DNA from: Cyanobium sp.
GTDB lineage: Bacteria > Cyanobacteriota > Cyanobacteriia > PCC-6307 > Cyanobiaceae
DNA: 59,333 nucleotides
Reading direction: 5' to 3'
Assembly (NCBI GenBank): GCA_046075745.1
Contig: JBJTQT010000131.1
Span: 1-59,333, forward strand
Positions 48,447 to 57,459 of the stretch are shown piece after piece. A program made the translations under genes and the position numbers. How positions within the stretch are numbered: position 1 is the stretch's first letter; each line of letters begins with the position of its first letter. Under the pieces are notes generated by a model. That model saw nothing but the letters and a program-made list of their open reading frames with translations. It was not told the origin of the DNA and did no database searches.

Positions 48447-49907
48447 CTATGAGCAATGATCCCTCAATCGGAGGTGGTCTTGGCTGCCCCCTTTCCGGCT
48501 TCCGCTTTCTTGGCCGTCCTGACTTTTTCCTGCGGGCTTGGCCGACTCGCTTCCTTCAGTGGTTGGCGGCGTTTCGCTGATGGTGGCATTGGCCTCCAGC
48601 CACTCCAGGAGCTTCTCCTGCAGCAGGTCATCGGCCACGGCCAGCCGCAGGCGTTCCTCATCCAGGTCCGGCCGGTTGCTCAGTTCGCGTCGCACCTCAG
48701 CCAGCCGGGTGGTGACCTCTGCGTCAGGAACCGCGATCGCCTCAGCCTTGGCCAGGGCCCTCAGGGCCAGGCTGCGGCGCAGGCGTTTTTCCGCCTCGGG
48801 TCTGGAGGTGTCCATCAGGGAACGCACCACATCGGCGGTGAAGACCTTCTTCACATCCATGCCCTGCTGGGCAATCTGGCTGGCTGTCTGTTCCACCAGG
48901 TTGCGCATTTCCTGTTGAACGAGGGTTTCCGGCAGCTCCACCTCCAGCTGTTCCACCAGGGCCTCCAGCAGGGCTTCGTGCCGATTGGCCTGATGGCGCC
49001 GCTCCGCATCCTCCTTCAGGCGCGTTTCCAGATCGGCCCTCAATTCCGCCAGGGTGGCCTTGTCACTGGCCTGCTGGGCGAAGGCGTCATCCAGCTCTGG
49101 CAGTTCCCTGGTTTTGAGATCGATCAGGGTGATGGAAAAGGTGGCGGGTCGTCCTGCGGCTTCCTCCTGGGGATAGGACTCCGGGAAGGAGCAGCTCACC
49201 TCCCGGCTGGCCCCCACCTCCATCCCGACGATGCCCTCCACGAAGCCGGGAATCATGCGTCCTTCCTCCATTTCCACCTCCATTCCTTCGCTGCTGCCGC
49301 CATCGATGGGCTCACCGGTGTCTGCAAACACGCCGCTGAAGCTGATCCTGGCCACATCACCCATGGCCACTGGCCTTCCCTCCACAGGCACCAGCGCCGC
49401 CACTTGGCGGCGCGACTGCTCCAGCAGTTCCTCCACCCTGGCTGGATCGAAGGCCACCGGGGCGGCTTCCGCCTTCAGTCCCTGGGTGGTTTTCAGTGTG
49501 GGAGAGGGCTCCACATCCATCTCCAGGATGAGCACCAGTTCGGATCCTGGGGAGAAGCGCTCGAGCACGGCTTCAAAACCCTCCTGCAGCTCCGGCCGTC
49601 CAAGCACCTCGATCTGCTCCTGCTGCAGCGCATCGCGGCACACGCTTTCCACCAGGTCTTCCAGGGCGGTGGCACGGATTCGCAACGGGCCCAGCTGCTG
49701 GATCAGAATCGAGCGAGGCACCTTCCCCTTGCGAAACCCCGGCAATTTCACACTGCGGCTGAGTTTCTCAACGGCAGCGTCGTAGCTGGCCTGGCAGCGT
49801 CCCCCGGGGATCGCCACCTCCAGGGCCACGCGGCTTCCGGGGCGTGGTTGGGTGCTCACCTTCAGACCAGAGGCCTGGCCGGTGGAGGAGCTGGCGGCTG
49901 GGGTCAT
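48447..49907 (-). CDS. tig: Trigger factor
   Basis: PGFRKGKVP, FKBP domain (MIPGFVEG, FPESY); TAGAAT -10 on the minus strand at 49937-49942. Confidence 0.95.
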   Translation of the reverse strand: MTPAASSSTGQASGLKVSTQPRPGSRVALEVAIPGGRCQASYDAAVEKLSRSVKLPGFRKGKVPRSILIQQLGPLRIRATALEDLVESVCRDALQQEQIEVLGRPELQEGFEAVLERFSPGSELVLILEMDVEPSPTLKTTQGLKAEAAPVAFDPARVEELLEQSRRQVAALVPVEGRPVAMGDVARISFSGVFADTGEPIDGGSSEGMEVEMEEGRMIPGFVEGIVGMEVGASREVSCSFPESYPQEEAAGRPATFSITLIDLKTRELPELDDAFAQQASDKATLAELRADLETRLKEDAERRHQANRHEALLEALVEQLEVELPETLVQQEMRNLVEQTASQIAQQGMDVKKVFTADVVRSLMDTSRPEAEKRLRRSLALRALAKAEAIAVPDAEVTTRLAEVRRELSNRPDLDEERLRLAVADDLLQEKLLEWLEANATISETPPTTEGSESAKPAGKSQDGQESGSRKGGSQDHLRLRDHCS

Positions 49908-50148
49908 GGACGGGGCCGGACGGCGGGCAATCCCTCATTCTAGAAAGTGGCCTCCGGCCGGCTCGGCCACGTATTGTTTGAAAGACGGTCAAGTCGATCG
50001 ATATACCCGCTGCCAGCACCAACTTGGTGCGTGGTTTTCCCACTCTGCTCCAGTCCCGGAGCCGTTTCACCCTGCTCCCCAGTTCCCTGTCTCCCCTATC
50101 GGGATCGTCCCGTAACGCCTCCCAGGCTCCTATCTGTTTCTTCCATCG

Positions 50149-51228
50149 GTGACCACCCTCTCCCCATTCGGCTCCAACGCCCAACCCTCTGACGCCACCA
50201 AGAGAGGTCTGCCGTCCCGCCCCCTCCGCATCGGCATCCTTGGGGCGACCGGCGCCGTGGGAGAGGAGATCCTTCTCCTGCTCAAGCAACGACAGCTGCC
50301 GGTGGAGGAGCTGCGCCTGCTGGCCTCACCCCGCTCTGCCGGTCAAGAGGTGAAGTGGGGTGAGGACACCTTGACGGTTCAGGCTGTGCAGCCCTCCAGC
50401 TTTGAGGGGCTGGATCTGGTGCTGGCTTCCGCCGGGGGTTCGGTTTCCAAGCAGTGGGCGCCCCAGGCCTTGGCAAGCGGGGCGGTGGTGATCGACAACT
50501 CCAGTGCGTTCCGCATGGATCCGGACGTGCCCCTGGTGGTGCCCGAAGTAAATCCCGAGGCGGCCTTTACCCACCGGGGGATCATCGCCAATCCCAATTG
50601 CACCACAATCCTGCTCTGCCTCGTGCTGGCTCCTCTTGAGGCCCGGCAGCCCATCCATCGGGTGGTGGTGAGCACCTACCAGTCGGCCAGCGGCGCCGGG
50701 GCCAGGGCCATGGATGAGTTGCGTCAGCTCACGCGCACCATGCTGGAGGGGGGCACGCCCCAGTGCGAAGTGCTGCCCTACTCCCTGGCCTTCAATCTCT
50801 TCCTTCACAACTCGCCTCTTCAGAGCAATGGCTATTGCGAGGAGGAGCTGAAAATGCTCTACGAGACCCGAAAAATCATGGGCCGCCCAGATCTTTTGCT
50901 GAGTGCCACATGCGTTCGCGTGCCCGTGCTCCGTGCCCATTCGGAAGCCGTGAACATCGAATTCGAGGCCCCGCTGGCCGCTGAGGAGGCCAGGCGTCTG
51001 TTGGCGAATGCCCCAGGCGTCCTTCTCCTGGAAGACCACGGCGCCAACCGTTTCCCCATGCCCATTGATGTCACGGGCCAGGATCCAGTAGCCGTGGGGC
51101 GCATCCGTCAGGACCTGAGCCATCCCCGGGCCCTGGAGCTCTGGCTCTGCGGGGACCAGATCCGCAAGGGGGCGGCCCTGAATGCGATTCAGATCGCTGA
51201 ACTTCTGATGGCAGGAGGGGAGCCTTGA
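50149..51228 (+). CDS. asd: Aspartate-semialdehyde dehydrogenase
   Basis: [45 protein letters not shown]. Confidence 0.95.
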   Translation: MTTLSPFGSNAQPSDATKRGLPSRPLRIGILGATGAVGEEILLLLKQRQLPVEELRLLASPRSAGQEVKWGEDTLTVQAVQPSSFEGLDLVLASAGGSVSKQWAPQALASGAVVIDNSSAFRMDPDVPLVVPEVNPEAAFTHRGIIANPNCTTILLCLVLAPLEARQPIHRVVVSTYQSASGAGARAMDELRQLTRTMLEGGTPQCEVLPYSLAFNLFLHNSPLQSNGYCEEELKMLYETRKIMGRPDLLLSATCVRVPVLRAHSEAVNIEFEAPLAAEEARRLLANAPGVLLLEDHGANRFPMPIDVTGQDPVAVGRIRQDLSHPRALELWLCGDQIRKGAALNAIQIAELLMAGGEP

Positions 51229-52133
51229 GCCCACACCCCATGGATCGTCTGCCGCGGTTCGGTCGGGTGCTCACCGCCATGGTGACGCCCTTCGGCAGCG
51301 ATGGCGCCCTGGATCTTCCCCTGGCCGAGCGGCTGGCTGATCACCTGGTGCGCCACGGCTCCGATGGGCTGGTGGTGTGTGGCACCACCGGCGAATCTCC
51401 CACCCTCAGCTGGGAGGAGCAGCATGCCTTGTTCTCGGCCGTGAAGGGCGCGGTGGGCAGCCGCTCGGTGGTGTTGGCCGGAAGTGGCAGCAACTGCACG
51501 GCAGAGGCGGTGGAAGCCACCCGCCAGGCTGGGGCCCTGGGCGCCGATGGTGCCCTGGTGGTGGTGCCCTATTACAACAAGCCCCCCCAGGACGGCCTGG
51601 AGGCCCATTTTCGAGAGGTGGCCGCGGCCGCCCCTGAATTGCCCCTGATGCTCTACAACATCCCGGGACGAACAGGCTGCCATTTGGCCCCGGAAACGGT
51701 GGAGCGCCTGCTCGATTCCCCCAATGTGGTGGCCTTCAAGGCCGCCAGCGGCACCACGGAGGAGGTGCAGCAGTTGCGTGCGCTTTGCGGCGATCAGCTG
51801 GACATCTACAGCGGCGACGATTCCCTCACCCTGCCCATGCTTTCGGTGGGAGCCGTCGGGGTGGTGAGCGTGGCCAGCCACCTGGTGGGGGAGACCATCC
51901 AGGCCATGGTGCAGGCCTTCCAGGCCGGCCGGAATGGGGAGGCTCTGAGCCTCCACGACAAGCTTCTTCCTCTGTTTAAAGCCCTTTTCTGCACGACCAA
52001 CCCCATCCCCGTCAAGGCTGCACTTGAACTTTCTGGCTGGCCTGTCGGTTCCCCTCGTCTGCCCCTATTGCCAGCTGACAGCCACGTGCGTGAACGCCTT
52101 TCCTCCATCCTCGCCGCCCTGCGTCCCACCTGA
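51225..52133 (+). CDS. dapA: 4-hydroxy-tetrahydrodipicolinate synthase
   Basis: [39 protein letters not shown]. Confidence 0.95.
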   Translation: MSPHPMDRLPRFGRVLTAMVTPFGSDGALDLPLAERLADHLVRHGSDGLVVCGTTGESPTLSWEEQHALFSAVKGAVGSRSVVLAGSGSNCTAEAVEATRQAGALGADGALVVVPYYNKPPQDGLEAHFREVAAAAPELPLMLYNIPGRTGCHLAPETVERLLDSPNVVAFKAASGTTEEVQQLRALCGDQLDIYSGDDSLTLPMLSVGAVGVVSVASHLVGETIQAMVQAFQAGRNGEALSLHDKLLPLFKALFCTTNPIPVKAALELSGWPVGSPRLPLLPADSHVRERLSSILAALRPT

Positions 52134-52190
52134 CGCCAAGGCTTTGCCCAGCAACAGACCAGACCGTATTTCTTACCCATCCCTCTTTTT

Positions 52191-54167
52191 ATGACCAGTT
52201 CCAACGGAAACCAGACCCAAGTCAATTCACCTGATGGCAAGCAGCCGCGTCTTCGCGTGATCCCCTTGGGGGGGTTGCATGAGATCGGCAAAAATACCTG
52301 TGTGTTCGAATATGGAGATGATCTGATGATGGTGGACGCCGGACTGGCGTTCCCCAGTGATGGCATGCATGGTGTGAATGTGGTTCTTCCGGATACCAGT
52401 TATCTCCGGGAAAATCACAAACGAATCCGGGCCATGATTGTGACTCATGGCCATGAAGATCATATCGGTGGCATTCCCTATCACCTCAAGAACTTCAACA
52501 TTCCTGTGATTTATGGTCCGAAGCTTGCCCTCTCCATGCTTACGGGCAAGATGGAGGAGGCTGGCGTGGCGGATCGCACCACGCTGCAAACCGTGAGCCC
52601 CCGCGATGTGGTGCAGGTTGGCCAGCATTTCAAGGTGGAATTCATCCGCAATACCCACTCCATTGCCGACAGTTTCACCCTGGCTATCACAACGCCGGTG
52701 GGAGTGGTGGTGTTCACGGGCGACTTCAAGTTCGACCACACCCCGGTGGATGGGGAAACGTTTGACATTCAGCGCCTCGCTCATTATGGAGAGCAGGGAG
52801 TGGTTTGCCTGTTCAGTGATTCCACCAATGCTGAATTACCAGGCTTTACCCCTCCGGAACGTTCGGTGTTCCCCAATCTCGACCGTCACTTCGCCAAGGC
52901 GGAAGGTCGCGTGATCGTCACCACCTTCGCCAGCTCTGTCCACCGAGTGTCGATGATTCTCGAGCTTGCCCTGAAGCACGGCCGCAAGGTCGGCCTCCTG
53001 GGGCGCTCCATGCTGAATGTCATCGCCAAGGCGCGGGAACTCGGTTACATGCGGTGTCCCGATGAACTCTTCGTGCCGATCAAGCAGATCCGCGACCTCC
53101 CCGACCGGGAGGTGGTGCTGCTGATGACCGGGAGTCAGGGGGAGCCGCTGGCGGCCCTGAGTCGGATCTCGCGGGGCGAACATCCCCAAGTGCAGGTGAA
53201 AGCCAGCGACACCATCATCTTCTCGGCGAGCCCCATCCCAGGGAACACCATCTCCGTGGTGAACACCATCGATCGGCTGATGATGCTCGGCGCCAAGGTG
53301 GTGTACGGCAAAGGTGAAGGCATCCATGTCTCCGGCCATGGCAGCCAGGAGGATCAGAAGCTGATGCTGGCCCTGACCCGTCCCAAATTCTTCGTTCCCG
53401 TCCATGGGGAACACCGCATGCTCGTCTGTCACTCCAAGACAGCGCAGTCGATGGGCGTGCCTGCCGACAACATCCTCATTATCGACAACGGTGAAGTGGT
53501 GGAGCTCACGCCGGAGTCCATCCGTCGTGGGGAAGCGGTGAAGGCGGGGATCGAGCTTCTGGATGCCTCCCGCAACGGCATCGTCGATGCCCGGGTGCTC
53601 AAGGAGCGCCAGCAGCTGGCGGAGGACGGCGTGATCACCCTCCTGGCCGTGATCAGCACGGATGGAGTGATGGCGGCACCCCCCCGGGTGAACCTGCGCG
53701 GGGTCGTCACCACTGCCGATCCCCGCAAGCTCTCCCTCTGGACCGAGCGAGAGATCCGCTGGGTGCTGGAGAATCGCTGGAATCAGCTGTGCCGCAACAC
53801 CGGAGGCAAGGCTCCCGATGTGGACTGGGTCGGTGTGCAGCGGGAAGTGGAGGTGGGCCTGCAGCGTCGCCTGCGGCGGGAGCTCCAGGTGGATCCCCTG
53901 ATCATCTGCCTGGTGCAGCCGGCTCCGGCTGGCAGCCCTGCCTACAAGGGCCAGGCGGATGCGGAGCCCGACAACCGGCCTTCGCCCAAGGGCCGGCAGG
54001 TGGGTCGGGACCGCGGCCGCGATGGGGGCAGGGATGGGGCCTCAGAGAGCCGTCCCCGGCCTGTGCCTGCCATGAACGTGAGCAAGCCCACCCCTCCCCA
54101 GCCGGAGGAGCCGGAACTGGAGGCCGGTCGCACCCGTCGCCGTCGTTCCGCCGCCATCGCGGGCTGA
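52191..54167 (+). CDS. rnj: Ribonuclease J
   Basis: PLGGLHEIGKN, THGHEDHIG, TGDFK, HVSGH, PVHGEHR. Confidence 0.96.
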   Translation: MTSSNGNQTQVNSPDGKQPRLRVIPLGGLHEIGKNTCVFEYGDDLMMVDAGLAFPSDGMHGVNVVLPDTSYLRENHKRIRAMIVTHGHEDHIGGIPYHLKNFNIPVIYGPKLALSMLTGKMEEAGVADRTTLQTVSPRDVVQVGQHFKVEFIRNTHSIADSFTLAITTPVGVVVFTGDFKFDHTPVDGETFDIQRLAHYGEQGVVCLFSDSTNAELPGFTPPERSVFPNLDRHFAKAEGRVIVTTFASSVHRVSMILELALKHGRKVGLLGRSMLNVIAKARELGYMRCPDELFVPIKQIRDLPDREVVLLMTGSQGEPLAALSRISRGEHPQVQVKASDTIIFSASPIPGNTISVVNTIDRLMMLGAKVVYGKGEGIHVSGHGSQEDQKLMLALTRPKFFVPVHGEHRMLVCHSKTAQSMGVPADNILIIDNGEVVELTPESIRRGEAVKAGIELLDASRNGIVDARVLKERQQLAEDGVITLLAVISTDGVMAAPPRVNLRGVVTTADPRKLSLWTEREIRWVLENRWNQLCRNTGGKAPDVDWVGVQREVEVGLQRRLRRELQVDPLIICLVQPAPAGSPAYKGQADAEPDNRPSPKGRQVGRDRGRDGGRDGASESRPRPVPAMNVSKPTPPQPEEPELEAGRTRRRRSAAIAG

Positions 54168-54173
54168 GAGCCC

Positions 54174-55112
54174 TCAGCTCACCACCACCAGCAGCAGGCC
54201 GGTTCTCAAGTCCAGATCCTTGTCGGGTTCGGATTCGGGAACCGGCCTCCTGATCAGTTCTGAGGGGGCCACAGCCTGAATCGGCAGATCCACCTCCTCC
54301 GCCAGGGAGGGGGTGGCCTGATGCACCTCGATCAGCTCAGGTTCCTCCACCACGTCGGGGATCAGTGTTTCCGAGGGGGAGCTCATCAGGGAGCTCGCGG
54401 CAATCCCAGTGTCCAGAGGGGAGTCTTCGAGCCAGGGGAGCGGGCTGTCCATGGGCTCTGCCGAAGACTCCGCCGTCGGGTCAGGGGCAGGCTGACTCAG
54501 CCAGGGCATGACGGGGGTGTCTCCGCTGCCGGTACCTGCAGGTTGGGCCCCATTCCTCGGCAGGAAGGGATCCGCGGCCATGGCCGGATCCGGCTCGGGC
54601 TCCGGGGCATCCGAGGGCTCCGGTGGGCTGAGGGTGAGGGGTCGCAGAGGCATCTGGGCGGCCGCGGTGGGGGGCTGGACCGTCAGGCGGTCGTCCTCGT
54701 TCTCGAGATCGGTGCGCTCGGCCTCAGGGAGGAACAGCTCCGGGCGTTCCTGCACGAAGGCCTCCTCCTCGTCTTCCTCCAGAACCCTGGTGGACTGCAG
54801 GGGCTGGTGACACTGATCCAGCCCGTCTTCCGCCATCTGGCGCAGAGCAGGCTCCGCCTCACTGCTGCGGATCACCTCATAGAGATCTTCGGCCGCATCC
54901 CTGTCGCCATAGCCATGGAGCAGGGTGTGGGCCATCAACAGCTGGGTTCGATGGCGCAGGCCCAGCACCTCCGGTGCCGTGCCCGCCTCCAGAAGCTCTC
55001 TCAACAGCAGGGTGCCTGCCTCCATCACGGTGGCCCAGCGGCCCTCGCAATACACCTTCTCGATCACGGCGTAACGCTTCTGCCAGTCGCTGGTTTCAGG
55101 AGAGCTCGCCAT
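54174..55112 (-). CDS. Hypothetical protein: helical N-terminal domain, acidic Pro-rich linker, hydrophobic C-terminal motif
   Basis: 312-aa ORF overlapping the tilS stop; composition consistent with a real gene. Confidence 0.7.
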   Translation of the reverse strand: MASSPETSDWQKRYAVIEKVYCEGRWATVMEAGTLLLRELLEAGTAPEVLGLRHRTQLLMAHTLLHGYGDRDAAEDLYEVIRSSEAEPALRQMAEDGLDQCHQPLQSTRVLEEDEEEAFVQERPELFLPEAERTDLENEDDRLTVQPPTAAAQMPLRPLTLSPPEPSDAPEPEPDPAMAADPFLPRNGAQPAGTGSGDTPVMPWLSQPAPDPTAESSAEPMDSPLPWLEDSPLDTGIAASSLMSSPSETLIPDVVEEPELIEVHQATPSLAEEVDLPIQAVAPSELIRRPVPESEPDKDLDLRTGLLLVVVS

Positions 55113-56142
55113 CGTCGTTGGGGGGAATCAGGTGAAGACTGCACCCATCCCAGCGGAGGTGCCAGCCCTGGGCCAGATCATGTCTCCCCGGACCCCGATC
55201 CAGCGGTAGCCGTGCCAGCAGAAGCTCCAGCACTGGGGCCTCCAGGGGGCGGCCCCAGTGCTGTCGCAGCCACTGCTGAAGCAGTTGCCGTTGGATGGCC
55301 GGCTGAAGATCCACCAGGGGGCGTCGGGCCAGGGAGGCTTCGCCCGTCTGCTGTTCTGCCGGCACCGAGAGGGCCAGGAGGGCGAGATCCAGCAGCTCCT
55401 CTGTGCGCTCCTCCTCCTGGGCCATCCGTTCGGCCGTGGCTGCGATGCGAAGGGTGGCACCCGGATGGAGGGCCTCCAGCACAGGAAGAACCTCGGCCCG
55501 CACCCGGTTACGCGTGAAGGAAGGATCATCGTTGCTGGGATCAATCCAGAGGGGCAGCTCCATCTCGCGGCAGATCCTGGCGGTGTCGGCGCGGGTGAAG
55601 GGCAGCAGCGGTCGCACCAGCATCACCCCCCCGGCCAGCGGGCGCATCGCCCGAAGGGACCCGAGCCCTCGGCGGTGGCTGCCGCGGGCCAGATGCATCA
55701 GCAGGGTTTCGGCCCTGTCCGTGGCGGTGTGGGCCGTCACCACATGGCTGCAACCGAGGGCATCCGCCTGCTGCTGCAGACAGCTGTAGCGCCACTGGCG
55801 GGCCTGTTCCTCGTTGGCCGGCACTGGCTTTGCCCGGTCACAGCGCAAGGAGAGTTCCTCCGCCTCCGCCCATGCGGAAAGGCCCGCGGCCTGGCCGGAG
55901 GCGGCCCCGTGCCAGCCATGGTTGCCGTGCCAGAGGGCCAGCTCCCAGTGGTGCAGGGGCTGCAGATCCTGGAGCAGCCTGAGCAGCGCCATGGAGTCCT
56001 GCCCGCCGGAGAGGGCCACCAGCAGACTGGCGCCCTTCGGCAGCAAGCAGGGCCGGCGCAGCAGATGCCGGTGCAATCTGTCCTGGTCGGCTCCCCAGCG
56101 GCGCTCCGGAGGCGCGGCATCGGATGGGAGAATCGGGGTCAC
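55096..56142 (-). CDS. tilS: tRNA(Ile)-lysidine synthase
   Basis: SGGQDS PP-loop, ARQWRY, TAHTATDRAET, RPLL, DPSN, RNRVR; GTG start 56142 inferred. Confidence 0.93.
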   Translation of the reverse strand: MTPILPSDAAPPERRWGADQDRLHRHLLRRPCLLPKGASLLVALSGGQDSMALLRLLQDLQPLHHWELALWHGNHGWHGAASGQAAGLSAWAEAEELSLRCDRAKPVPANEEQARQWRYSCLQQQADALGCSHVVTAHTATDRAETLLMHLARGSHRRGLGSLRAMRPLAGGVMLVRPLLPFTRADTARICREMELPLWIDPSNDDPSFTRNRVRAEVLPVLEALHPGATLRIAATAERMAQEEERTEELLDLALLALSVPAEQQTGEASLARRPLVDLQPAIQRQLLQQWLRQHWGRPLEAPVLELLLARLPLDRGPGRHDLAQGWHLRWDGCSLHLIPPNDDGELS

Positions 56143-56160
56143 AACCTCGCGTGCCTGCAG

Positions 56161-56952
56161 ATGTCGCGTCACTCCAGCCTGCCTGTCTCCCTCCAGGAGG
56201 CCATCGGGCAGCGCCGGCTTCTCAAAGTGATTGCCGGCCTGACGAACCGCGACCAGGCTTCGGTGGAGAGAATTGCCCGGGCCGCGGCGGCGGCAGGCGG
56301 TGATCTTCTCGATCTCGCCTGTGATGCCTCCTTGGTGCGGCACATTCAGGGCGTGGCTCCGGGGCTGCCGCTCTGCGTCTCCGCGGTGGATCCCGAGTTG
56401 TTTCCCCCAGCCGTGGCCGCCGGTGCCGCCATGGTGGAGATCGGCAACTTCGATGCCTTCTATGCCCAGGGCCTGTGCTTTGAGGCGGAGGAGGTGCTGC
56501 GCCTCACCGAGCGCACCCGAGCCCTCCTGCCGGAGGTGGTGCTGTCCGTCACCGTTCCCCATGGGCTTCCCCTCGATCAACAGGAACAGCTGGCCGTGGC
56601 TCTCGCCCATGCCGGTGCGGACTGGATTCAGACGGAAGGGGGCACCAGTGCAAGGCCCCACAGCGCCGGCGTTCTCGGCCTGATCGAAAAAGCTGCCCCC
56701 ACCCTGGCGGCCACCTTCGCCATCAGCCGGGCCCTTGCCGCTGCCGAGAAACCCCTTCCTGTGCTCTGTGCCTCCGGTCTCTCCGCTGTCACCGTGCCCA
56801 TGGCGCTGGCGGCAGGGGCCTCCGGGGTGGGTGTGGGTTCTGCCGTGAATCGCCTCAGCGATGAGGTGGCCATGGTGGCTGTGGTGCGCGGTCTCCGGGA
56901 GGCGGCTTCCCCTCTCGTTGCTGCCCCCGGTACCCATGCCTATGGTGTCTGA
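56161..56952 (+). CDS. ycf23: DUF561 / Ycf23-family protein
   Basis: LKVIAGLTN, EIGNFDAFY, IQTEGG, EKAAPTLAA, GVGVGSAVN. Confidence 0.85.
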   Translation: MSRHSSLPVSLQEAIGQRRLLKVIAGLTNRDQASVERIARAAAAAGGDLLDLACDASLVRHIQGVAPGLPLCVSAVDPELFPPAVAAGAAMVEIGNFDAFYAQGLCFEAEEVLRLTERTRALLPEVVLSVTVPHGLPLDQQEQLAVALAHAGADWIQTEGGTSARPHSAGVLGLIEKAAPTLAATFAISRALAAAEKPLPVLCASGLSAVTVPMALAAGASGVGVGSAVNRLSDEVAMVAVVRGLREAASPLVAAPGTHAYGV

Positions 56953-56964
56953 ACTTCTGCTTTG

Positions 56965-57399
56965 ATGGGCCCCATGGTCGGTTCACTCCTCTGGCTGCTC
57001 CAGTGGCCGATCCGAGCCGCCATCCTTCTGCTGATCTCCAGATTGCCGCTGGGGGTGGAGATGGCCAACTTCCAGGTGGCCCTCCTCTCCGCCGCCGTCA
57101 TCGGCCTGCTGGGAACCCTCCTGATGTGGCCTCTGCGCTTCATCCTGGCCCCCCTCAAGCTGGTCACCACGCTGGGGGGCCTGATCCCTGTGGGCTTCCT
57201 CTTCGATTGGCTGATCTCCATCTTTCTCTTCGCCCTCACGGCCTGGTTCATTCAGGGGTTCCGTCTGCGGAACGGATTCACCAGTGCTGTGCTTGGGTCT
57301 CTGGTGTACAGCCTGATCAGCTTCTTCCTGCTGCGCGCCCTCGGGCTTGAGGTGCCACTCACCCGCGCCATCGCTCTGCTCACCGGCCATCTGGCCTGA
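56965..57399 (+). CDS. Phage-holin-superfamily 4-TM membrane protein (YvlD/DUF360-like)
   Basis: Four hydrophobic helices, GFRLRNGFTSAVLGSLVYS pattern; no phage context. Confidence 0.75.
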   Translation: MGPMVGSLLWLLQWPIRAAILLLISRLPLGVEMANFQVALLSAAVIGLLGTLLMWPLRFILAPLKLVTTLGGLIPVGFLFDWLISIFLFALTAWFIQGFRLRNGFTSAVLGSLVYSLISFFLLRALGLEVPLTRAIALLTGHLA

Positions 57400-57459
57400 C
57401 GCCTCCCCTTCCTGCCCAACGGCGGCTCCGTCCAGGTTGCCTGCGGTCAGAATGGGGTG

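Noticed and set aside
56965-57399. Holin-like gene as a prophage marker
   Set aside because: This family is commonly chromosomal, and there are no phage genes nearby.
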